Below are positions 51,757 through 64,000 of a stretch of 64,000 nt of DNA, one piece after another. The notes under the pieces are model-generated. The model saw only the letters and a list, made by a program, of their open reading frames with translations, was not told the origin of the DNA and ran no database searches. The first letter of the stretch is position 1. The number at the start of each line of letters is the position of its first letter. A program made the position numbers and the translations under genes. This DNA is from Octopus vulgaris (taxonomy: Eukaryota): the NCBI GenBank assembly GCA_951406725.2, contig OX597839.1:26474001-26538000 (forward strand). The letters are read 5' to 3'.

Positions 51757-53240
51757 CGAAATATTTCAGGATTTTGGCATTGTTTCACAGATGGGATGCC
51801 ATTCTAATCCCTATTCACAACATGGGCTTGGTGAATTTTGTTGATCCACCAGCACTAAGGGGAGCAAGTGTCTTCCAGGACTGAAGTGCCCCCACCATAT
51901 AGTGGTGTCAGTTTTCATTCAAAGTTACCTCACACCTAGACAGGTTGCCTCTACTGTGACTTGTAGAGTCTGAACAGATTTAAAGGGCTTGACCCATCAT
52001 GGTTGCAGTCCAATGACTGAAACATGAGAAACAGTTAAAAGAATGGACATAAATACATGGACAGAGGTGGTTGTTTTCTTTAAATATAGGACATACAGAG
52101 AGGCCATGGAACTTAAAGCAGTACTACATGTTGAGAAAGTCAGCAAGCTGGCAGAATCGTTAACATGGCAAGCAAAATGCTTAGCAGCGTTTTGTATGTC
52201 GTCAGGATCTGAGTTCAAATTCTGTTGAGATCAACTTTGCCTTTCATCCTTTCGGGGGTCAATAAAAATAAGTACCAGTTGAGTACTGGGATCGATGCAA
52301 TTGACTTGCCCCCTTCCTGAAATTGCTGGCCTTCTGCCAAAATTTGAAATCAATGTGCTGGTGGCACGTAAAAAGCACCATCCGAACGTGGCCGATGCCA
52401 GCGCTGCCTTGACTGGCTTCCATGCCAGTGGCACGTAAAAAGCAGCAATCCGATCATGGCCGTTGCCAGCCTCGCCTGGCACCTGTGCCAGTGGCACGTA
52501 AAAAGCACCCACTACACTCTCGGAGTGGTTGGTGTTAGGAAGGGCATCCAGCTGTAGAAACACTGCTAGATCAGACTGGAGCCTGGTGCAGCCTTCTGGC
52601 TTCCCAGATCGCCGGTCGACCCGTCCAACCCATGATAGCATGGAGTACGGACGTTAAATGATGATGATGAATGATGATTAGATGTAGAGAAACATTGTGG
52701 CTGTATTGCATAGTGTGTGTGTGTGTTTGTGTGCGTGCACGGGGGCATGGATTTGTAGAGGCAATCTTAGGATGGTGTTGATGTCATGGCATGAATTATG
52801 AGGTATGTGCATCATGGAAAATTTTAGGGGAATGGCTTGTACCCTGATGATGAAACACTTCCTTGGGAAGCAGGGAGATGGAAGCTCAGCAGAAATGTAC
52901 AAAACCAAGTAACTAAGTGCATATTTAGAGGAAGAAAAACGGAGGAGTAAAGGGGAGAAATACATAGGAGAAGACTAGAATGGGTTGGTCTGTTGATTGA
53001 AGAGACTGTAATACACTGACAGGAGATGAAGGGGCAATGACCGGTCAGAAAAGCAAAGGAAATGTCACTGCTTGACAGAAACTTCCGTGTTTATTCAAGA
53101 AATTCAGATAAACAACGTATTAATCTTAATATTATAAGTCTAAAATCTTGACCCCCCCTCCTCCCCCCATGACCCATTATTTTATATTGATATGGCGAAC
53201 CAGGCCAATGACCTAAGCTGACAGTTGTTGATAGGAAAAA

Positions 53241-53753
53241 TCTATATATATAAAACTGTAGTTGTGTGAGTGTCTGTCCCCTTCGATTTAGATTCCTAAC
53301 TCCTTCCACATTTTGCGGTGCAGTTTAACCAAATTCGGGTATCTTATAGTCGTGATTCATATCGAGCCCTTCTGGCTATTAGCGCGCGTCTACGATGAGT
53401 CTACGATTTTAAAAATAATTTAACATCATTTTTTATTCCATTTTAATGCATAATTTTTCCTGTGTCGATGGCAGCGGAGTTTGCGTCCATGGTCACATCT
53501 GCACCTGTTTGCTTCTCCCCCTTCTTCCCTCCCTCGTGAAGCTGTGGGGAAGAGAGTGTAAGGAAATCAACGTCGTAAAGCGTTGTCAAGGAGACCAGCG
53601 TTCTTTTAGAACAACAACTTCATGGCTTGAAGACACCAAAACAGAAATGGCTAAGAAAGCCCGAATTGGCATCTATAAGGGAAGTAACTCTCTAAAAATG
53701 CTTATATAGTTATTTCCCTTACAAACCCGAGCAACGCCGGGCGATACTGCTAG
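53241..53753 (+). mobile_element. Non-autonomous Helitron (513 bp)
   Basis: Starts A|TC (tctatatatataaaactg), ends CTAG|T, has a subterminal GC hairpin cccgagcaacgccggg at 53726-53741, and no TSD. Confidence 0.85.
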
Positions 53754-55540
53754 TAAGAGATAAAATGGTCAAAATTAGGCTACATTACGATTAAGAAAAA
53801 ATTTTTTTTTTGCAAAATTATGGTTAAGAGATGAATTTTTATATTATTACAGAGTGATGGTAAATTATTTCAACTATAGCTGTCTGACTATAGATAGTGG
53901 ACAGCTACTTGTAGACAGAAGATAATAAATTGTTAGACAACACCAGAGGAAATTCATCATCACCATCATCATTATTTAATGTCTGGTTTTCCATGGTCGC
54001 ATGGGTCAGATAGTGTTTACCGAGACAGATTTTCTATGGTTGGGTGCCTCACCTGTCACCAACCTCCATTTGTTTTGAAGTAAGCAGCGAATATTTCTCC
54101 ATGACCAGGAATGTTCTCTTAGAATAGTGGAAATTAATGACGTTGCTTGTATGATAGTGACACTCATTTACAACAATCACTCAATGTCAACATCCCCCCC
54201 CACACACGCATGCACAAGCAATGGGCTTCTTTCAGTTTCTATCAAATCCACTCTAGTGTCTTCTACTGTAGCCCTGGTCAGCCCAGGATTATAGAAGATG
54301 CTTGCCCAAGGCGCCATGCTGTAGGATCGAACCCAAAACCATGTTGTTGGAAAACAAGCAGCTTACCACACAGCCAACGCCTGAAGGTAGAAAATTACAA
54401 AGGACTTACTTATCACCTTGCAAATGTTAGATAGGGAGTAAAAGTGGGGTGTGTGGTAATATTTCCTTCTCTGTCTGTCTCTCTTTTTTTTTTTTCTGAT
54501 ATATTTTCAGGGATCACTTAAACAGGAAAAAGTGTCACCATGTACAATGGCAAAGGTGTCAAAATATGGCAATCCTTATATTCTTATAATAGCACATAAT
54601 CCTTTCCCCAGGGCAAAGCGTCACAGATAACCCCTGATTTGGTAGCTCAAACAGTCAAACTAAATTCTCTGCTTGAAGATAAAGTTACAAACAAAGTTAC
54701 AATGTCCTCCTTTGAAGTATCCAACCATGGATATTCCATTGAATTTCAAAAACAACAATTCCATCATATTCACATTTTCATAATATTACAAAGAGAGAAA
54801 ATTTCAATAATGCCATAGAAACATAAAATTGTATTCACCGGGCATCTAAACCCAATAACAGAACCAGCCCTTAATGATATTGTAAAAAATTTTTGGATTC
54901 ACAGACTCCTGTACAGAGAACAGTATTGCATCAAAGAATTTCTGAAAGACACCACAACTAATTTAGAGGGATGCTCTACTTTCTCTCTCACTATGGTGTC
55001 ATGGGCTTAAAAATTTTTTTCTTTTTTTTGGGGGGGGGGGAATTATAATAGTATCCATGTATAAGAAACTCCCATATTTTTAAAATCTAATTTTTGACAA
55101 AAATGGGTTCCTTATACACGTTAAAAAATGGTACTTTCAAGTTGTTAAGCCTTTAGAAAATATATCTTCAACTTACACACATAAAGGATATGACTGCGAG
55201 CAGATGTAAATTCCATGTCATAATGTGACTTGGAAGTTGCTGAACCACAAAATCCAGGATAGATCAATCCCATACTGTGATTCATCTTAGAGTACAGCTT
55301 GAACTTCAACAGTCAGTTTACTTTCAAGAAAAGAAAATATTTCAAAATGCCCCCAAAAAGAAACTTGTTCCATTGTAGAAAAAAATTCACCGACAAAACA
55401 ACCAGTGTCTACTCTGAAATTTCCCAACCATTGTCTTTGATAAAAGAACAACATTATGGAAACAAAGATTACATGGAAGAGATAATGTAACCCCAAAAAT
55501 ATGCAGCATATGCAAAGGAAACTCACAGGTTTCTCTTCAG

Positions 55541-55577
<37 letters not shown>

Positions 55578-56141
55578 GTGAATGTAAAAAAGAGGGGCCA
55601 CAAGTTTTAAAGGCATTCACACTCATGATAGTGTAATTCACCAAACTCACAAAGTAGTGGCTAAATACAAAAATTTGCTCAAGAAACGGTATTGAGTTTC
55701 ACCAAAAGCAGTAGAAGTCAGGATGCCTCCCCAGGTGCTTACCATTATATATACCTTAGATAGACCGAGTGATCTTCTGTTACAATTCCATTAGTCTGAG
55801 ATGATCTTTCGTTAAGATTCTGTAGCAGAGAACAGAACATCCAAAGAAACTCACAACAGTCTCCACGGCATAACAATTATATTTAACAAACTGGTTATTC
55901 ACAATCTACACTATCAAAGCTTAGGATTACTTTGATGTACACTAATTTTCAATGGTGACATCAAGTTCATTCATGCAAAGAACGTTGATGCTGACATAAA
56001 TATACAGAATTTAAATGTGCTGCAACACGGTATTCAACAGAGTCACAGAAAGTTTAGCCGAGAATGATTTGGAACATATGTTCTACTTCCTTGATGGGCC
56101 TGAAGGGTCAGGTCAAAAAAAAGCTTGTACAGCACAGAGTG

Positions 56142-56319
56142 CAGGGTTGCCCCAAAGTAGGTTTACAGTTATCACATAAGCACTTTAAATTCCTATCTCA
56201 TGATTAGCTAAATTAGCATAGAATAATGGTTTCATAATTTTTTATAATTAAGATCTAAATTGTTAATATATGCGAAAGAGATAGTTGAATAACTGTAGAC
56301 CTACTTTTGGGCCACCCTA
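56142..56319. mobile_element. Tc1/mariner-type MITE inserted in the Helitron helicase remnant
   Basis: TIRs cagggttgccccaaagtaggtttacagtt / aactgtagacctacttttgggccaccct. Confidence 0.7.
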
Positions 56320-56358
<39 letters not shown>

Positions 56359-56938
56359 CCAGATCTGACTGGCCTGGTGCAGCCTTCGGGCTCCCCAGAC
56401 CCCAGTTGAACTGTCCAACCCATGCTAGCATGGAAAGCGGACGTTAAATGATGATGATGATGATGATGATGATATATATATATGATGGTAAGAGGGTGTT
56501 GTTCTATGCAACAACTGGCCTTGCTGTTGGTTTACTAAAAGATGGTTGGTCAGTTGACAGTGGGCCCCATTAATGCATTAAGTATAATAAAAATACTATT
56601 GATAACATAAGATTGGATGTGACTGCCTATGTTCAGTCCACTGCAGGACAAAGGCCTTAGTATATTCTCACCACCAATCACTGTCCAGTGTAGAGGCCGT
56701 GAATTTGAACTTGAAAACATACTGGTTTGATAACCTGACTGTCTGCCACGATGGCTCAACATGGCTTGGTAGAGGGATGCGGGGTTTTTTTTATACTTGT
56801 ACCCAGGAGTAGTTAAATCGAATAAATTGACACCAGTGCTCGACTGGTACTACTGGCTCTGAAAGGACGAAATGCAAAGTCAACCTCAGTAACATTTGAA
56901 CTCAGAATGTAAAGGTGGATAGAAAACTGCCTGATATG

Positions 56939-57167
56939 TTAACCCTTTCGTTACTGTATTTATTTTGAGATGCTCTGTGTTCCTTTCAATTACTTTAAAT
57001 ATAACAAAGAATTTAATTAAAATAACTTAGTTATCACTCAGCTAGTGTTAGGAACATAAATTGTGACTAAGGTTTGGTGGAAGATTTTAATTCAAAACTT
57101 ATGAAAACAAGACATTTGTACTCAGAGCCAGAGCCGGTTTCAGCCGGATTGGTAATGAAAGGGTTAA
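56939..57167. mobile_element. piggyBac-type MITE, family 2 (TTAA-CCCTTTC...GAAAGGG-TTAA)
   Basis: TIRs with TTAA. Related copies at 19701-20742 (interrupted), 22195-22424 and 22516-22750. Confidence 0.8.
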
Positions 57168-60100
57168 AGATTTTGCCAGCTCACTGCTCATTGGAAACAT
57201 CAAAGGTGAACAATAAACCTTTTGGAAGGATGCATCTTATGGAGAAATTTTTATTGAATAACATGTTGAGTACAGAGACTCTCAACACAATAATAATAGG
57301 GACTCGCATGAAACAATCATGTTTATGAAGATATGTGAAGACTCTTAGGGTTTCCACCAACAAAGGGGATATAAATTATTGGTTGCTGCCGACAAGATAT
57401 GGAAGACTTTAAGTAAAGATGACAGTTTACAAAGGAAAGAAAGGAACATCAAATAAGAATACGATGGAAACAATATGAGGGATGCTAACTCTGACAAGCA
57501 ACATCAATTTAATATGTTTGCACGAAAATAATCCCAACACCCTGAAACAAAGATGTTTTGTACTTAAGAGTTTCAAATATCTTTCTAGGTGAAATTACAG
57601 AATGTAAGAGTACATGGCAAGCATTGCAACTGAAGCTGACGGGCAAACTGAAAATTATTCTGCAGAGTTTTTTTGGTTTTTTTTTACCAACTTACTCTTT
57701 TAGGATTATCTCTCCTTGATCTAAAGATAAATAGTTGTTTAGCTTCATTATAATGCTAGTGTGTAACCTCTAAGTCAGGAAATACCTGTTAAACTGACAT
57801 TAGACTTATCAGACAAAGTTTAAGCAATCCACTGCATCACTGGCAGATATTTATCTCTGGCAGCTGCAGAGGAGATAATCTATTAATACCAATACCAAGA
57901 ATGAATGCAACAGTGATACAACACCAGCTTTTACTTTTGAAAAGAGACAGAGTCCCTCACTATCTCCTCAACATATTTGCCATGGCCCCTGATAAATCTC
58001 AAGGTCAATCACCTGACACAGTTGAAATTTAATTGCAAAAGTGTGTATTTAGCCATGGCCAGATGTGAGTAGTGAAGGTGCATGGCCTAGAGGTTAGGGT
58101 GTTGCACTCATGACTGCAAGACTGTGGTTTCAATTCCTGGACTGAGTGGTGTATTGTGTTCTTGAGCAAAACACTTCAATTCACATTCCTTCAGTCCACT
58201 CAGATGTAAATAAATAACCCTGCAATGGATTGGCACCCCTGCCACCAAAGGGGAATGTTCTGACCCCTCTCACTTATATACACCACAGAAAGTCAATAAT
58301 CAGTCCTATGAGTCCAGGAGCAGTTAAGTCGATTACACTGACTCCAAAAGGATGAAAGAAAAACATCTAAAGGTTGATGACAACGATGATGGTGATAACA
58401 ATGAAATGTATGTCAGCCTTAAGTAGAACTAAGAACAGTAAAATCATAAAGCTGCTAATTAATAATACAGAATATCCAAGGACATATAAAAACATGTTCT
58501 TAGAGAACTTTTATATTAAATGCACATTTAGTGCCCACATCTCAAGACATTGTATGAGGCTGATTTGCAGTATTCTATAATCAGTATCATGTTTAGAAGA
58601 ATGCTGTAGACATTCAGTGTTAACTTATTTTATAATTATGTTGTAAATATTTCTGTAAACTAAAATCCATATCATATTGCGAAATATGGTCACTGTACTT
58701 GTAAACTGCTTCCTGTTAAACAGTAAAATGTTGATAGATGGTAATAAGAATTCTCAAGTGAGCTGAACAGGGTTGGGGGTGCATCTGGGTTGTGACTCCT
58801 GGGTGCCCTTCTATTGGAACTTTTTTTTGGCCACTTGAATATTGGAGACATATACGGATACTACTCTTTTACTTGTTTCAGTCATTTGACTGCGGCCATG
58901 CTGGAGCACCGCCTGTAGTCGAGCAAATCGACCCCAGGACTTATTCTTTGTAAGCCCAGTACTTATTCTATCGGTCTCTTTTGCCGAACCGCTAAGTAAT
59001 GGGGGACGTAAACACACCAGCATCGGTTGTCAAGCAATGCTAGGGGGACAAACACAGACACACAAACACATATATATATATATATATATACATATATACG
59101 ACAGGCTTCTTTGAGTTTCCGTCTACCAAATCCACTCACAAGGCTTTGGTCGGCCTGGGGCTATAGCAGAAGACACTTGCCCAAGATGCCACGCAGTGGG
59201 ACTGAACCCGGAACCATGTGGTTGGTTAGCAAGCTACTTACCACACAGCCACTCCAAGCAAAAATTCTACGAAATCATGAAATGTCGTAAATAAAGCTCT
59301 GAAATGCTGCAGTATTGTTCTAAGAAATACTGCAATCTGTATTGTAATGTGAAATACAAATATATCACTGTATACTGAGGATAATAGATCTCCACTATCT
59401 GATGATGAGGGCTCAGTTGTTTAATTGCATTGCCTGAGTATTCCAGAGACGTGCACATCCTTCACATTGCTCTCAGGAAGTCTCAACATGAATTACAGAT
59501 ACAATCCAACCACCGGGCTTTTCTACAGTTTCCTTTCACCTAATTTCATTCACACACCTAAGTATTGCCAACTGTAATGCAGAAGAGAGGAAACTAAATA
59601 AATATAGAGGCCTGATTGGTTGCTACCGGTTTGTGCCAGTTGCCATCGTGGCCTTACGTGTCCCTGGACTCCACACAGGTAATTTCCTCTGCTGATGGTT
59701 GCAAATTGAACTTCTTACCCATTCGGTCATACCGTACCTATCATTAATTACAACATGTGCTATGTTATGAAACACAAGATTTTCTCTCTTTGTAATACGA
59801 TGAAAATGTGGATATGAAGGAATTGTTGTTTTTGAAATTCAATTGAATATCCATGGTTGGATACTTCAAAGGAGGACCTTGTAACTTTATCTTCAAGCAG
59901 AGAATTTAGTTTTGACTAAATTATGAAACACAAGATGCTACTGAAAAAGAAGAAAAAAAATATAGGTGCAGGCATAGCTGTGTGGTAAGAAGCTTGCTTT
60001 CCAAATACATGGTTCTGGGTTCAGTTCACTGCATAGGACCTTGGGCAAGTGTCTCGTACTATATCCTTGGGCTGACCAAAGCTTTGTAAGTGGATTTAAC

Positions 60101-60471
60101 AGATGGAAACTGAAAGAAGCCCATTGTGTGTGTGAGAGAGTATGCCCCACCACACTGCTTGACGACCAGTGTTGGTGTGTTTACATCACTGTAACTTAGT
60201 GATTTGGCAAAACGGACCAATAAAATAAGTACCAGGCTTAAAGATGGAAAAAAAGAGAGTACTGGAGTTGATTTGCTTGACTAAAATTCTTCAAAGCAGT
60301 ACCCCAGCATGGCCACAGACTAAAATATTACCATTACTATGGCTGTTGTTCTTTCTCTGGTTCCCACTTCTAGCACCCATTCTCCACCCATCTTACTCTC
60401 TTCCCACACTATCTCTCACTTTCACTCCTTCACACTTCCGCCCTTCCTTTTCAATCCCTATCTCTTTAGAA

Positions 60472-61062
<591 letters not shown>

Positions 61063-61664
61063 GTCTAGAGTTTTATTAGATTTGAAACTAACAGCCAAAA
61101 ACATGAATATACAAGCACACTACCTTACTATTATTATTATTATTAAGATGGCAAACTGGCAGAATTGTTAGCAAGCTGGACGAAATGCTTAGCAGTGTTT
61201 CACTCATTGTTATATTCCGAGTTCAAATACCTCCAAGGTTGACTTTGCCTTTCATCCTATCGGGGTCAATAAATTAAGTACCAGTGAAACACTGGGGGCC
61301 GATGTAATCGATTAGCCCCCTCCCCCAAAATTTCAGGCCTTGTGCCTATAGTAGAAAAAAATTATCATTATAATAACACTGGATAACAAATATTATTGCA
61401 AAACTGCAACTATTCCAAGCTGCACGTTACATTCGAGTTCTGTAGCTAAAATCAGTTTGTACAATTAAGCAGATGCTTAATTATACATACACACATACAA
61501 ACATACGCAGACACATGACCATGTTATTCAAAAGCTAATATTATGATAATTATTCAAACCAGGCGAATACACCAGAGATGCTATAAATAGCAACCAAAGC
61601 CATACATATTATAAATACATACATACGTATGTACAAAAATATTTATGCATGGCTGCTACAGCAC

Positions 61665-62034
61665 TATCATCATCATCATCATCATCATTATTATTACTAC
61701 TACTACTACTACTACTATTACTGCTCATTATTATTATTATTGTTATTGTTATTATTATTACTACTACTACTACTACCATTACTATTACTGCTCATTATTA
61801 TTATTATTATTATTGTTATTATTATTATTACTACTACTACTACTACTACCATTACTATTACTGCTCATTATTATTATTATTATTATTATCATTGTTATTA
61901 TTATTATTACTACTACTACTACTACTACCATTACTATTACTGCTCATTATTATTATTATTGTTATTATTATTATTACTACTACTACTACTACTACTACTA
62001 TTACTGCTCATTATTATTATTATTATTATAACAT

Positions 62035-62065
<31 letters not shown>

Positions 62066-62082
62066 GCTGCTGCTGCTACTAC
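61665..62082. repeat. Compound trinucleotide repeat (CAT/TAT/TAC/TGT) with a higher-order unit of about 70 bp
   Basis: The motif ctattactgctcattattatt recurs five times between (TAC)n and (TAT)n runs. Confidence 0.92.
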
Positions 62083-62720
62083 ATTATTTGCTTGTCTTTT
62101 GATAAATAACAAAACAGAAAGTGGTGCAGGCATGGCTGTGTGGTAAAATATTTGATTCCTAACCATATGGTACTGGGTTCAGTTCTACCATGTGATAAAT
62201 AGGTTGTGTCTTCTAGCACAGGTTAGGGTCGACCAAAGCTCTATGAGCCGATTTGGTTGACAGAAACTGAAAGAAGCCTGCTGTGTGTGTGTGTGTGTGT
62301 GTGTGATAACCAGTGTTCGTGTGACTTAGTGGTTCAGCAAAAGAGACCAATAGAATAAGTACCAGGCTTTAAAAAACAAAGTATCGGGATCAATTTGTTT
62401 AAGTAAAATTCTTGAAGATGGTGCCCCAGCATGGCCACAGTCTAATGACTGAAACAAAAGATAAAATAAATATTGAAAACTCCACATATATATGCATGTA
62501 CAATCTATACAAACATCCACCACAAAAACTCTGTATTCTTTTACTCTTTCTTTGTTTCAGTCCTTTGAAAGCGGTCATGCTGGAGCACTGCCTTTAGTCG
62601 AACAACTTTGTAAGCCCAGTACTTATTCTATTGGTTTCTTTTGCTGAAATGCTAAGTTATGGGGACATAGACATGCCACCATTGGTTGTCAAGTGATGGT
62701 GGGGGGACAAACACACATAC

Positions 62721-62777
<57 letters not shown>

Positions 62778-63559
62778 TATATATGATGGGTTTCTTTCAG
62801 TTTCCGTCTACCAAATCCACTCACAAGGCTTTGGTCAGCCTGAAGCTATAGTAGAAGACACTTGCCCAAGGTGCCATGCAGTAGGACTGAACTTGGAACC
62901 ATGTGGTTGGGAAGCAAGCTACTTACCACACAGCCACTCCCGCACGAATATGTTTATACTTTTATATTAAATTTCAGTCTATAATATTTATGTGCAAAAT
63001 ATGACCTCAACAAGATTTTCATTTTCAGTAGAAAGAGTGGAGTAGGAGAATGGATCCATAGGTTTTCCTTATAAAAATTTTATTTTTTCCCCCTTTCTTT
63101 TCCTGAAATTTCTTTGAGTTCCTATGTTTTCCATGCTGGCATGGGTTGGATCGTTTGACAGGAGCTGGTATGGCTGAGGTCCACATCATGCTCCTCCACT
63201 GTCTCTATTGGCTTGGTTTCTATGGCTGGATGTCCTTGCTAATGCCAACCACTTTACTGTGTGTACTGGGTGCTTTTTACAGGGCACGATGGCACCATTG
63301 CCAGTGCTTTATATGTGGCACCATCACTATTGCTTTTCAATGTGGCACCAGCTCCAGCAATTTTCAATATGGCACCAGCACCAGCAGGGTCACTGAGTAA
63401 CTTGCAAGACAAAATCCTTTTCAGCTAGGAAGGGGAGTAGTAGTAGTAGTAGTAGAGAGGGCTTTGTGCCAGTTGATGAGAGATTGGAGCTATAGAGGGA
63501 CAGAGATAGGTGTCCTTCAGTGTAGATTAAAATCCATTCATCCAACTCTTGTCAGTGCT

Positions 63560-63790
63560 CACTATTCTTGGGAGTGTTGATGGGATGGGGTTCTCAAGGA
63601 TAGGGTCCTGTTAGAAGCAACTACTATTTGACTTTCCACCTGGGTTCTCCCAAGTATGACGAACTGAGACCATAGATATTATCCAACCATCTCATTCTTA
63701 ATTGACTGATGGGTTATCTGCTTGAAGAGTCCGTCTTGCAGTTCTTTCCAGCAACATTCTAATCACATGCCCATAACATTGTAGCTGTGA
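63560..63790 (-). mobile_element. Possible old RTE-type RT fragment
   Basis: The minus strand reads ERSQLQCYGHVIRMLLERTARRTL, resembling the RxLRWYGHVxRM motif. Confidence 0.45.
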
Positions 63791-64000
63791 CCTCTCTCTC
63801 ATTGCAGAGAAATAGCAACTTGATCTAGAAGGGTTACAATCACTGAAAAATTGTGAAGATGTAATTTTTTTTTTTTTTCATTTTAACCCACTTTAATCTT
63901 CAGGTTCAGAGAATGCAACCAGCCTTAACTTCTTTTTTCACAATTTACATGTGGGTGGGGGATTCAATTTTTAATCTGTTCCCAACCCCTGCCATTTTTC

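Larger units (their letters stand above)
54500..58520 (+). pseudogene. Decayed Helitron Rep/helicase (RepHel) gene interrupted by later insertions
   Basis: Motifs occur in the canonical order: TMAKVSKYGNPYILI (54544), PDLVAQ, IEFQKQQFHHIHIF (HUH motif, 54738), KYIF/YTHKGYD (Y2 motif, 55158), HTVIHLRVQLELQQSVYF, GPTSFKGIHT, FYFLDGPEGSG (Walker A, 56081), YATTGLAVGLLKDG (about 56500), NNKPFG (57210), NNMR, AMAPDKSQGQS (57979), VFSHGQ (58045), ALSRTK (about 58415). Many stops and frameshifts. Confidence 0.88.

Noticed and set aside
52841-52860. ctgatgatgaaacac as a hammerhead core
   Set aside because: No stem II or stem I pairing; a chance match.
61629-62146. Poly-Y/L/I/T ORFs
   Set aside because: Compound trinucleotide microsatellite.

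Overview
AT-rich, repeat-saturated eukaryotic DNA. The SINE/MITE/microsatellite landscape suggests an octopus (coleoid cephalopod) genome; this is inference. One protein-coding gene is supported: a nuclear receptor corepressor (NCOR1/SMRT-like) on the minus strand. I reconstructed nine phase-consistent GT-AG coding exons between 29309 and 6158 (896 nt, about 298 codons, covering the N-terminal RD1/GPS2-binding coiled-coil region). The start exon was not identified and the gene probably continues past the left edge. The rest is intron or upstream DNA containing three tRNA-headed SINE families plus an RTE-tailed SINE family, RTE and CR1 LINE fragments, piggyBac-, hAT- and mariner-type MITEs, two non-autonomous Helitrons and a decayed, multiply interrupted Helitron Rep/helicase gene (about 54.5-58.5 kb) that the ORF track misses. 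The most interesting signal is a set of small elements, mostly in (TA)n microsatellites, carrying type I hammerhead-ribozyme motifs of the kind known from Penelope-like elements. One is a 372-bp near-perfect palindrome with a hammerhead on each strand inside an NCOR intron. Most ORFs in the supplied track are spurious translations of repeats. All family assignments are by eye and from memory; no searches were run.
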